DNA of 31,114 nt from Candidatus Thorarchaeota archaeon (GTDB lineage Archaea; Asgardarchaeota; Thorarchaeia; Thorarchaeales; Thorarchaeaceae): contig PRDH01000053.1 in assembly GCA_003345545.1 (NCBI GenBank), positions 1 through 31,114 of the forward strand. The letters run 5' to 3'. Each line of letters opens with the position of its first letter. Position 1 is the first letter of the stretch. The translations under genes and the position numbers were made by a program. A model generated the notes under the pieces. The model was given only the letters and a program-made list of their open reading frames with translations, had not been told where the DNA came from and ran no database searches. Shown one piece after another: positions 18,334 through 27,037 of the stretch.

Positions 18334-19338
18334 ATGGCGAAGTGTGCTTTTTGCGATGCAAGTTTTGAAACTGGTCCTGGCGATGTGCTCCTCGTGTGCC
18401 CGTTTTGCGGAACAGCGCAGACAACCGAGGGAACCAAGTTCAAAGACCACTATATGATACGAGTCCATTTCAACCAGAACGATGCTCAAACAACCCTCTT
18501 GGATTGGGTTTCAAAGCAGCTCGGTGCTCCAGCCGATCTGCCCACAACCGCGAAGTTCGTAGACAACCAGCAGGTGTGGTATCCTTTCTGGATAAGCAGA
18601 GTAGATGCTCGCACGGACTATCAAGGTATGGGCCGTGATGCAACATTTCACGATGAATGGATGCAGCGACCAGGTGCCTATAAACGGATCAACTTCTTCT
18701 GGAAGCCAGAGTCCGGTCAGTTCACTCGAAGGCATGAGATCAATATTGCTGGAGTGAAAGACATCGATCCTGATGTTCGTGGCCATCCGATTCCGACTCG
18801 AGCAAAGGAGTACTTCAGCCATGCTCACGCGGAGGAATACGCTGGTAAAGTTCTTCACAGTAATATGACTGAAGACGATGCAAAGGCCGCAGCACGTCAG
18901 GAAGCAATGGACCGTCAGACGAGGTTGGTTCTACAAGAAGTAAGCAAGATCGAGTCTAGGAAGGATGATATTAATGTTGGCGAGACCTTCTTGATCCATG
19001 TTCCTGTTTGGGAATTGGCCTACAGGTATGGCAACAAGAAATACAAAGCCTCAGTGTCTGCCGCCACAGGGTATGTGATTGAAAGTCAATATCCACGGTC
19101 GATGAGTTACAGGGCAGGCGGCATCGGAGTCGGTCTGCTTATGCTCATAATAGGTGCGGGACTCATTGCGGTTGCATTGGGTCAGCTCCAAGTGTTATTA
19201 GATTTGCTTGAGCAGTTGCTTGGATTCGAACCGCAACTTCAAGGCGGCGGTCTAGTATCCGGCGGGATGTTGGCGGTCATCGGCCTTGTGTTGATGTACA
19301 AGGGAGCCTCCAGAAAACAGGCAAAAGAGAGTGTGTAG
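18334..19338 (+). CDS. YdjG-like zinc-ribbon membrane protein, tandem paralogue
   Basis: CAFC..CPFCG, WYPFW, VPVWELAYRYGNKKYKASVSAATG and C-terminal TMs. ATG 18334 with a GGGGTGA SD overlapping the upstream stop. Confidence 0.8.
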   Translation: MAKCAFCDASFETGPGDVLLVCPFCGTAQTTEGTKFKDHYMIRVHFNQNDAQTTLLDWVSKQLGAPADLPTTAKFVDNQQVWYPFWISRVDARTDYQGMGRDATFHDEWMQRPGAYKRINFFWKPESGQFTRRHEINIAGVKDIDPDVRGHPIPTRAKEYFSHAHAEEYAGKVLHSNMTEDDAKAAARQEAMDRQTRLVLQEVSKIESRKDDINVGETFLIHVPVWELAYRYGNKKYKASVSAATGYVIESQYPRSMSYRAGGIGVGLLMLIIGAGLIAVALGQLQVLLDLLEQLLGFEPQLQGGGLVSGGMLAVIGLVLMYKGASRKQAKESV

Positions 19339-19372
19339 GCTTCTCCTACACCTTCCCTCCTTTTTTATTTTT
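19333..19372 (+). terminator. Hairpin + U-tract terminator
   Basis: GTGTAGG-cttct-CCTACAC followed by CTTCCCTCCTTTTTTATTTTT. Confidence 0.7.
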
Positions 19373-20531
19373 CATATCTATTACGTGGGGAGCTATTCTC
19401 CACTATCTTGAATGCTCCTCCAAGGCTATCAATCAGCGAATTCTCGCTAGCCCACACTGAGAAGTCCGGAGCCAACAGCGACTTGAGGACGATGAGCGCA
19501 TTCTCTCTTGAATCGAGTTCGACCTGACTTGATTCAAGGGCAACCTTAACGCCTTCTCGTACGGGCCATGGACCAAGAATGCCATTACTGCTATTTCGGG
19601 CAAAATGGAATATGGTCAGATGTGCCTTTTCCTCTCTTTTGACCAAGCTCTGATAGGCTGAGAATCTTGCGTGGTCTGCAAACACCGCGGTCTTGGAGTC
19701 CACTGTGAGATTCTTCACGCCTTCAAGACTCGCACCCCGCTCGAATCTGTCCTGAGCTCGCTCAATTCTCAAATAGTCAACCTGAGGTTCTCCGGGCTGT
19801 TCAAGAATGGTGAAGTTCTCATTGAACAGTTCTGAAGAACTAAGCCTATAGGATGAAACGCCCGGCTTCTCTGCCAGTTCAGTAAGACATCTACTGACAA
19901 ATGCGTCTATGACTGCCTTGTACGCCCAGCGTGTGGGAACGAGTCTTCTACTATCCAACCTTCCAAGTAGTCCAACTGACATGAGGCGTGCCACCTGATC
20001 GAGTGAGTACTCGTAGTCAAATAGCTTCCATGCTGCCTCTGATGCCGGAGTGTCCTGTTCTGTTACTCTCTTGGCTACTCTACTGACCTCTGGCTCAGAT
20101 ATGATCTCAAGCGATTTCACGAATACTGCAGAGCCTGCAGGGAGTTGGCCTCCGAGTGGCTGTAGGCCTTTGGGGGGTAGAACTGTCGCCTTAGTGTCGA
20201 CTGCAACAGGACTGACTGAGAGAGCTATTGTCTGCAGAGTATCTACAGAACCTTTAGGTTCCATTGTCCTGGCATCAATAGGCATAGTGAATCGAAACAG
20301 TCGTTTTCTCATTGAAAGAATGGCATCCCTATCCAGGCCGCGCCAAGCCTCCGGATAGTCATAGATTGAGAGAAACTCTAAAGGTTCTGTGGCGGCAAGC
20401 ACACTTGCCAGTAGGATCGGGTATTTTGCAGCTTCAACATTCAGACCTGGCGGCGTGAATGCGGTGATATGCCTGTCTGACACTGTCTGTCCTAGTTGCA
20501 TTTGAGCCATCTGCGCCTGGCCGATTGTCAT
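19365..20531 (-). CDS. Divergent Nre-family (NreA-like) DNA repair protein
   Basis: MSVGLLGR..RRLVPTRWAYKAVID (Nre LVPTRWSITAVD-like), PEAW, LGPWPVREGVK. Confidence 0.8.
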   Translation of the reverse strand: MTIGQAQMAQMQLGQTVSDRHITAFTPPGLNVEAAKYPILLASVLAATEPLEFLSIYDYPEAWRGLDRDAILSMRKRLFRFTMPIDARTMEPKGSVDTLQTIALSVSPVAVDTKATVLPPKGLQPLGGQLPAGSAVFVKSLEIISEPEVSRVAKRVTEQDTPASEAAWKLFDYEYSLDQVARLMSVGLLGRLDSRRLVPTRWAYKAVIDAFVSRCLTELAEKPGVSSYRLSSSELFNENFTILEQPGEPQVDYLRIERAQDRFERGASLEGVKNLTVDSKTAVFADHARFSAYQSLVKREEKAHLTIFHFARNSSNGILGPWPVREGVKVALESSQVELDSRENALIVLKSLLAPDFSVWASENSLIDSLGGAFKIVENSSPRNRYEK

Positions 20532-20701
20532 GTTGCCTATACCCCTGGGTGAAGGTGGACCTGTTGAACAGAGGAGTTCTCAGGCTAAGTCGCTTCTCTC
20601 AGGCTGCATTGCATTTCAACGGACTTGAATGGCCCTGAGAGAGGTACCCGAAAGTATGCCTATCTGAGAAAACACATATAGCTGTCAGGTATCCGGAACA
20701 T

Positions 20702-22309
20702 GTGAGGTTGGTGGATACAATTAGCCAGACTGATTCAGACCAGTCAGTGGTTGTGGCCAAGGCCAATCTCCTTCTCAGGTTCATGAATCGACATCGGGAT
20801 GCAATTATCCTAGGAGTTGTCGCTCTTGTTTCTACAGTCCTCTCATGTATTCATTATTTGGCGACAATGTTGTCTATTGCATCTCCTGGCCTCACACTTG
20901 ATGATTCTTGGATTCATGTTCAATTCGCCAGGACGATTTATGAAGGTACACCGTGGGAATACTCTCCTGGGTATCCGTCGACTGGCTCCACTAGCCCACT
21001 TTGGTCGCTTATTCTATCATCCATCTTCTGGTTCACTACAGAACCATCTGGAGTTGTTTGGGGAGTATATCTGATTTCGATTGTTTTCTATGTAGGCTCC
21101 ACGTACCTTGCTGGACGTATTGTGGCAACATATCTGGAAAGCGTCAGTTGGGGCATAGTGACCTCTATCGCGTTTGTATTCGTGCCCAGAAACACCTGGC
21201 TCATGCTCTCAGGCATGGAAACCCCTCTCTTTGTCTTTGTCTTGCTTCTCTCAATCGTGATACTTGATAAAGAGGACATGAAATATGATCTTGCCCTTGG
21301 CATTCTTGCAGGGCTTGCATTTCTTTCAAGACCAGAAGGAGTCATCATAGTCTTCTGCATTCCTCTTCGACTATTGATCCTGTCGTTAAAGGGCAAAGTC
21401 ACCCGAATTCGGCTTGGGCTATTCCTTCTCTCGGGTGTCATTGCCTTGGCAGTAGCATCACCGTGGATACTTCATTGTCTAAGTGTGACTGGTTATCCAT
21501 TGCCCGATACATTCTACGCCAAAGTTCATGCTCCTACTGCCTCCGAGATCGAAGCTTGGGACATCTTCTGGACGTTCTTTGTGCAGGAGTTGCCTTTTCT
21601 GCCGGTCGCCGCTTTTCTTGGAATCATCCTGATTCCAAAGGGTCGACCATTCGCTTGGCTACTGCCCGTTTCATTGACTGTAATCTACAGGCTTTCAACA
21701 CCCTATGCAGCACTCATCAACAATAATCGCTACCTATTGCCAGTGTTTGACCTTTTCCTCATTGCAGCGGTTGCTGCCGTGGCCATACTCCTCAAAATAG
21801 TCTTTGTCGCTATCCTGGAGATTCGCGATACAGTATCACTCAACCATCTCTGCGTCTTCGTTGTTGCTGTGCTGATCATAGTGCCAATGATTCCCAGCTA
21901 TTCTTTCCAAGCCACATTCTATGGCAAGGCTGCAGGTAACATCAATGACATGCAGGTCGCGATCGGTCTATGGCTTGACGAGAACACTCCGCCTGATGCC
22001 GTGTTCGCGACACATGACGCTGGTGCCTTGCGGTACTTCTCCAACAGAACCATGATTGACCACGCGGGATTGGTGAGTCCGGACATCGTACACGGTAACA
22101 TGACTGATTTCGAGAAAATTCAGTACCTACATGACCAGGGATGCAACTACGTTGTCTTCTTTCCTGACTTGTTTTGGTATTACTTCCGGTATTTGCCGGA
22201 CGGCTCATACGAGATTGAATTCACTGTCCATCTGGAAGAGAATGTCATATGCGGTCGCGACACAATGTTGGTCTATCGGATATACTGGGAAGGCACCATC
22301 TTCGACTAG
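20702..22309 (+). CDS. GT-C fold membrane glycosyltransferase
   Basis: LDDSWIH..FAR, GSTSPLW, SGMETPL, RPEG, PLPDTFYAK, RYLLP and DAGALRYFS, with many TMs. Start uncertain (20702-20783). Confidence 0.85.
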   Translation: MRLVDTISQTDSDQSVVVAKANLLLRFMNRHRDAIILGVVALVSTVLSCIHYLATMLSIASPGLTLDDSWIHVQFARTIYEGTPWEYSPGYPSTGSTSPLWSLILSSIFWFTTEPSGVVWGVYLISIVFYVGSTYLAGRIVATYLESVSWGIVTSIAFVFVPRNTWLMLSGMETPLFVFVLLLSIVILDKEDMKYDLALGILAGLAFLSRPEGVIIVFCIPLRLLILSLKGKVTRIRLGLFLLSGVIALAVASPWILHCLSVTGYPLPDTFYAKVHAPTASEIEAWDIFWTFFVQELPFLPVAAFLGIILIPKGRPFAWLLPVSLTVIYRLSTPYAALINNNRYLLPVFDLFLIAAVAAVAILLKIVFVAILEIRDTVSLNHLCVFVVAVLIIVPMIPSYSFQATFYGKAAGNINDMQVAIGLWLDENTPPDAVFATHDAGALRYFSNRTMIDHAGLVSPDIVHGNMTDFEKIQYLHDQGCNYVVFFPDLFWYYFRYLPDGSYEIEFTVHLEENVICGRDTMLVYRIYWEGTIFD

Positions 22310-22365
22310 AATCATTGGCGCAAGTCTGTCGCGGACCGTTTTCGGGAACTCAAATTGAGTCGATT

Positions 22366-23574
22366 TCATATGCCGCTAATTCTCTTTCTGACTTTCTCGA
22401 CCAGTTGTTGATATAGGTCTAGAGCATTCTTGACGTCAGCGAATCCACCCGTGAAAGATTCTTTGCTTCCTCCGCCATGACCTCCTAGTTCTAGGACTGG
22501 CTCCTGAATGTAGTAGGACGCATCCTTGGGCATGCTCTTGGTCCATAGGATGAAACTGGATTTGGGACCCGGAGCAAATAGGAGAGTCGTAGAGCGTTCA
22601 ATCTCGGGTAGCTGTTTCATAACACTCCGCATACTGCCGGCATCCATCCCCGGCAGATACTCATACCAGAATCGAATTGACCCCATCTGCTCCTTATGAG
22701 GACCGTCAGTCATCAGCTGGATGATCTTTTGCAGCGACTCCTCATGTGCCGTCTGTAGGCTTTTCGCTTTGTCCAAGACTGCTCCAAGTTGTTCCAATTC
22801 GAATGGGTAAGAGTACTTCCTGAGCAGTGCTGCATTATACACACAGCATAAAGATTCGACAGCTCTTGAACCTGATAGGAACTCTATGTGTGTGTCCTTG
22901 TCTCTGCTCTTGAAATCGACCACCTTGAAGACACAAATCTCGCGGGTATTAGTGACATGTATACCAGCACATGCCGAGCTATCAAGATCTCCAACCCTGA
23001 CGATTCGGATTATATCATGTTTGGAGGTGACTCCCTCTCTGGTTCTCACGGATTCATCGATATCGCGTGCAGAAGTGACTTCTGTTTTCACTGGAATCGC
23101 CTGTTCAATGTGCTTCTGTACCTGCGATTCGGCCTCGAGAACTTCCTCAATGGTCAGCGAACGTCCTTCAAGCTCTACAGCACCACGGTTTCCATCAATC
23201 CAGATTCTACCAAGCTCGATGTCTGGATGTTTCTTCTTCACAGTCCCAACAAACAGGTGTTCTGAAGTGTGGTTGCTCATCATGGCTCCTCGCCACACCA
23301 TGTCTATTGCAAGGACTGCATTCCCCCTGATTGGAGGAGTGTCTTTCATCTGAAGCATGGGGACGTTATCCAGTAGCACCGTATCCATGAACTCGTAAGC
23401 TGTTCCGTCAATCTCAATACGGCCTCTATCGCCAGCTTGCCCTCCGCCAGAGGGCTTAACTACATTCTCAAGTATCTTGACGTAGGTGTAGCCGTTTGCC
23501 TCGATGATTGAATCAATTGTGATATCAAAGCGTTCTTTGAGCGGGTCATCCCAGTAGTACGGATGTTCTCTCAT
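22366..23574 (-). CDS. Alanyl-tRNA editing protein, long AlaX type with C-terminal DHHA1-like domain
   Basis: PSGGGQAGDRG, NHTSEHL (HxxxH), ACAGIHV (CxxxH) and GGHGGGSK. Start probably ATG 23574. Confidence 0.88.
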   Translation of the reverse strand: MREHPYYWDDPLKERFDITIDSIIEANGYTYVKILENVVKPSGGGQAGDRGRIEIDGTAYEFMDTVLLDNVPMLQMKDTPPIRGNAVLAIDMVWRGAMMSNHTSEHLFVGTVKKKHPDIELGRIWIDGNRGAVELEGRSLTIEEVLEAESQVQKHIEQAIPVKTEVTSARDIDESVRTREGVTSKHDIIRIVRVGDLDSSACAGIHVTNTREICVFKVVDFKSRDKDTHIEFLSGSRAVESLCCVYNAALLRKYSYPFELEQLGAVLDKAKSLQTAHEESLQKIIQLMTDGPHKEQMGSIRFWYEYLPGMDAGSMRSVMKQLPEIERSTTLLFAPGPKSSFILWTKSMPKDASYYIQEPVLELGGHGGGSKESFTGGFADVKNALDLYQQLVEKVRKRISGI

Positions 23575-23716
23575 ATTCTCCGTCACCAGAGTTGCACTAT
23601 AACGAGATACTCTTTTGAATTTGGTCACACCTGAAAAGGATTAGTCCTTGAGCCGAAAGCGATATAGCGGAAGTTCTCCCTCGTTTCGGTGCTTAGAGAA
23701 AGTGAGGCTTGGATAG

Positions 23717-24967
23717 ATGTTCAAGTTCCTGAAGTCTGACCCTACAAAGAAAGCCAAGAAATACGTCGAGAAGGCTCTGTTTGAGATAGAGGAGGGTTTC
23801 CCCCAGTATGCCAGTGTGGAGTTCGAGAAGGCAGCAAGACTGTTTCTCGAAAAAGACGAGATTGATTTTGCCGTGAAGTACTTCCGCGAAGCGTCGTATA
23901 CTGCCCTTGAGTCTAACGACCACACTAGATGTGCTGAGATGAAAGCGCTCGCAGCCGAATGCCTCATCATGGAAGGTCGATACGATGAAGGCGGCGGACT
24001 ATATTCTGAGTCCTCTGACCATCTATACCGTGAAAAGAAACTGCGTGCATCCAACCGATCGATTGGCATGGCTGTCATAGGCTATCTTGGTGCTAGAAAT
24101 TACGATACTGCAACAAACCTGTTGAAGAAGGCCGAGAAGAGAGTTGGTGAATTGTCGGGGAAGACTGATCCCATATATGACCTAGCAGAGTTGTGCGTGG
24201 AAATCCTCTGCGAGGGAGCTGATGTTTCCAAGGAGAGTTTCGAGAAAGTCGCACGAACCGCAAAAACAACGGCACCTGAACACTCACTCGTGGAGTTCGT
24301 CGTTGGTTCAGTTAGGCTTGCACTTGATACAGAAGTGACTCTCAGCTGGGCAGGTCAGGAAATGAATGAGGTCCCCGTGAAGACTCCAATCGAATTGGAA
24401 TTGCAGTTCAAATGCCCCACTCAAGTAAGAATCATTGATCATCGAGTATCTCTCTCTAATAGTGTCATCATAAAGAGAGAACCAGAGTTTTCATCAAGCC
24501 CTTCAAAGAACGAGTCTTGGCTGATTGAGTTCATTCCAGTTCTGAGCGGCTCGGGAACTATCGGTCCCTATACAGTCACTTTGGAGGGTGATAAGGTCCT
24601 TCTCCACAAGCACAGCAATAAGGTCGAGTTCATGATTGCACGAGCACCATCCGACTTGGACTTGAAAGTATCACCAGAGAGAGTATCCTGCTCTCTCGGA
24701 GACGAGGCCATCATTGAAGTGAATCTGAAGAATGTGGGTGACGGCCCAGCGGATAGCATCGTAATCACTACGAATTTGTCAGAGGGCCTTGAGATCTCCT
24801 TAGGTAACAAAGAGAAGGCAATCCACTTTCTTGGTAGTGGAGAGACCATGCACTTTCAAATCTTCGTGAGAGCCATCAAGCAAGGTGAGGAGCTAGTTAC
24901 TGTCCAAGCAGTGGATGGCAGAATTGGCCAAGAAGTTGCAAAAACGGCTCTTGTACGAGTCGGGTAG
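23717..24967 (+). CDS. SNAP/TPR-like alpha-solenoid fused to two C-terminal Ig-like beta-sandwich domains
   Basis: Helical repeats (ASVEFEKAARLF, AVKYFREA, AMAVIGYLGARNYDTA-type), then beta-rich segments (VNLKNVGDGPA, LGSGETMHFQIFV). No signal peptide or TM. Confidence 0.75.
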   Translation: MFKFLKSDPTKKAKKYVEKALFEIEEGFPQYASVEFEKAARLFLEKDEIDFAVKYFREASYTALESNDHTRCAEMKALAAECLIMEGRYDEGGGLYSESSDHLYREKKLRASNRSIGMAVIGYLGARNYDTATNLLKKAEKRVGELSGKTDPIYDLAELCVEILCEGADVSKESFEKVARTAKTTAPEHSLVEFVVGSVRLALDTEVTLSWAGQEMNEVPVKTPIELELQFKCPTQVRIIDHRVSLSNSVIIKREPEFSSSPSKNESWLIEFIPVLSGSGTIGPYTVTLEGDKVLLHKHSNKVEFMIARAPSDLDLKVSPERVSCSLGDEAIIEVNLKNVGDGPADSIVITTNLSEGLEISLGNKEKAIHFLGSGETMHFQIFVRAIKQGEELVTVQAVDGRIGQEVAKTALVRVG

Positions 24968-24971
24968 GACG

Positions 24972-25706
24972 CTACGGTTGACGACGCTTTCTCTGTATTT
25001 CTTCCCTGATACTGAGACAGGCGCCCATAACCTCTTGGATGGCCTCTTCCTCCTTGAAGATCTTAAGAAGATCGCCTGCTTCCTCTAGCCTATTCTGGGC
25101 AAGATTCTCACTGAAGTCCAGGAGCGTTTCTAGCCAGTCCCAAGTTGTTCTTCCAATGATTTTCTTTGCCTTCTCGATTCTCTCTTTGGCCTTGTCCATC
25201 CTCTCGATGGTGGCAAAGCCCATGGCAGCAAGTGAGAGATCTATTACAGCACGTTCTGCATTTCCATTGTCGATGGCTTTCTCAGCCGCCTTGTCATAGA
25301 GATTGCCCATATTCTGGGCGCATGTTAAGAAGTACTCGCGGTTTCCTATCCTGTGACACGAAAAGGCTGCCCAGAGATAGGCCTGTGCGGCTGTCTCTGT
25401 CATCCTTTCAAGTAGCGCTTCTTTTGCGGCATTCTCATACAATGTCAGAGCAGTGGCAAAGTCACTCGCTTGCCTATACTGAGTGGCTGCCTCAAGGTAG
25501 GCCGTCGCGGCAGCCTTGTGATCATCGTTCTCAACACGGTCTTCAGCATACATATGGTAATACTCTGCAGCCTTCTTGGTCATCTCAAGTGCACGATCGA
25601 GATAACAACCTGCAGCCTGTTTGAACTGGTTTGCTGCCTGGTAGTAGTTGTTGTTCTCCAAGAATTCATTGGCGAGGCGTTCCCATTGTGTGCAATCGTC
25701 TTCCAT
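24972..25706 (-). CDS. Alpha-SNAP/Sec17-like helical-repeat protein
   Basis: YYQAANQFKQAAGCY, DDHKAAATAYLEAATQYRQ and AAQAYLWAA show SNAP-type A-A-x2-[YF]-x2-A-[AG] periodicity. Confidence 0.7.
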   Translation of the reverse strand: MEDDCTQWERLANEFLENNNYYQAANQFKQAAGCYLDRALEMTKKAAEYYHMYAEDRVENDDHKAAATAYLEAATQYRQASDFATALTLYENAAKEALLERMTETAAQAYLWAAFSCHRIGNREYFLTCAQNMGNLYDKAAEKAIDNGNAERAVIDLSLAAMGFATIERMDKAKERIEKAKKIIGRTTWDWLETLLDFSENLAQNRLEEAGDLLKIFKEEEAIQEVMGACLSIREEIQRKRRQP

Positions 25707-25996
25707 ATATCTCGACCTCGAAACACTAGAATCTCATATAGACCATGCTGGACTGGTCGTAAATAGGTAATTGTGCTGCACAAATATGTTTCTAGGGCGA
25801 ACGGCAGTCTAGATGGGGACCGTATTTCCCGGCAAGGGCCCAGAAAGAAGAATGACGGAGCTGCTGTCAATGGCTGAATACAGATCGAAATTCAGTGCAA
25901 CAGGCTGACTCTGGAATTGAATCTGTTTCTGACCGCTTCAGGAGAAGAAGCAAACTGAAAGACTCCATGACTAGAGTAGATACTACATTATTCTAC

Positions 25997-26902
25997 TTAG
26001 GAGCCTCTGGGAAAACGATCGGAGCTGGCCGCGGTTCCCGGTATCGAGTACCAGCCAATGCCAGAGTAGTCATCCCAGATATTTCCGATACTGACTCCGT
26101 CGTCCCACTGATTCATACTTCCATCATCCTTGGCATTGCCATCCATGTTGCGCGCGAATCCACTCGAGTGGATTACCCAGCTCTGGCAACCAACATCAAT
26201 GTGTACTCCAAGTTTGTTATCGGTCACATTGCAGCGTGTGAGAGTGCAGTTATAGGAGAATTGGGACCAGAGTCCTAGTTCATTGTAGAACATCCTGTTG
26301 CTCTCAATGGTCGTTCTATTGGAGCATACGACACTAATGCCGTAAGTGGTGTTAAAGACTGTATTTCCTCTTATGGTGGTGCGTTGAGAAATGCTTGAGT
26401 TAATCCCCGCGCAAGTAGTGCTCACAAAACAATCCTGTACTACTACTTCACTGCAACCAAGGAACTCGATTCCTGAAATTCCTCCTTCAGTCCTGCATCT
26501 TTCTATGGTCGCACTATGGCAATTCCTCAGATAGATTGCCATCCCCCAGTAATATGCAGTTGCCTTGAGTTCGCAATCTCGAATAATGAATGGCGCTTCA
26601 ACATTTCTGATATCAATGCAAATGCCTTCTTCTACAATGCTCAGATTCTGAATGACATATGGATTGTCTATAGTCCCATTACCTGGCACTGAATACTCCA
26701 CAGTATAGTTCTGGAACTCACCGTCACCATCAATACGTATCGCATCATCGATATCGAGAATTGGAGATGTAGGGCCATCACCTGAATCAATGGGATTCTC
26801 AGTGTTTGTCATTAAGACATAGGAAAAGCCAGCAGCAGATGCCAGCACGACTACAAGAATAAGCCCTACCATCTTGTTTGTACCCCCCGGTGCACTGGCC
26901 AT
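25997..26902 (-). CDS. Membrane-anchored right-handed beta-helix protein (NosD/pectin-lyase-like)
   Basis: N-terminal TM, GNGTIDNPYVIQN, repeats of GI..S..xTIxxN, and GNIWDDY..D.FP at the C-terminus. Confidence 0.88.
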   Translation of the reverse strand: MASAPGGTNKMVGLILVVVLASAAGFSYVLMTNTENPIDSGDGPTSPILDIDDAIRIDGDGEFQNYTVEYSVPGNGTIDNPYVIQNLSIVEEGICIDIRNVEAPFIIRDCELKATAYYWGMAIYLRNCHSATIERCRTEGGISGIEFLGCSEVVVQDCFVSTTCAGINSSISQRTTIRGNTVFNTTYGISVVCSNRTTIESNRMFYNELGLWSQFSYNCTLTRCNVTDNKLGVHIDVGCQSWVIHSSGFARNMDGNAKDDGSMNQWDDGVSIGNIWDDYSGIGWYSIPGTAASSDRFPRGS

Positions 26903-27037
26903 GATTAACCACCTTCTCCAATGGCTCATACAGATGCAGCACTCTTACATTAATCTACTTCTAGACGCCGATACACATTGAATTCAAAGAAGAAGAGAAA
27001 GAGAATCCGTGGAATCCATCTCCGAAGCCAGCATTCT

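Noticed and set aside
25790-25996. Possible small gene or tRNA in the spacer between the SNAP-like and beta-helix genes
   Set aside because: No cloverleaf or T-loop motif and no convincing ORF.
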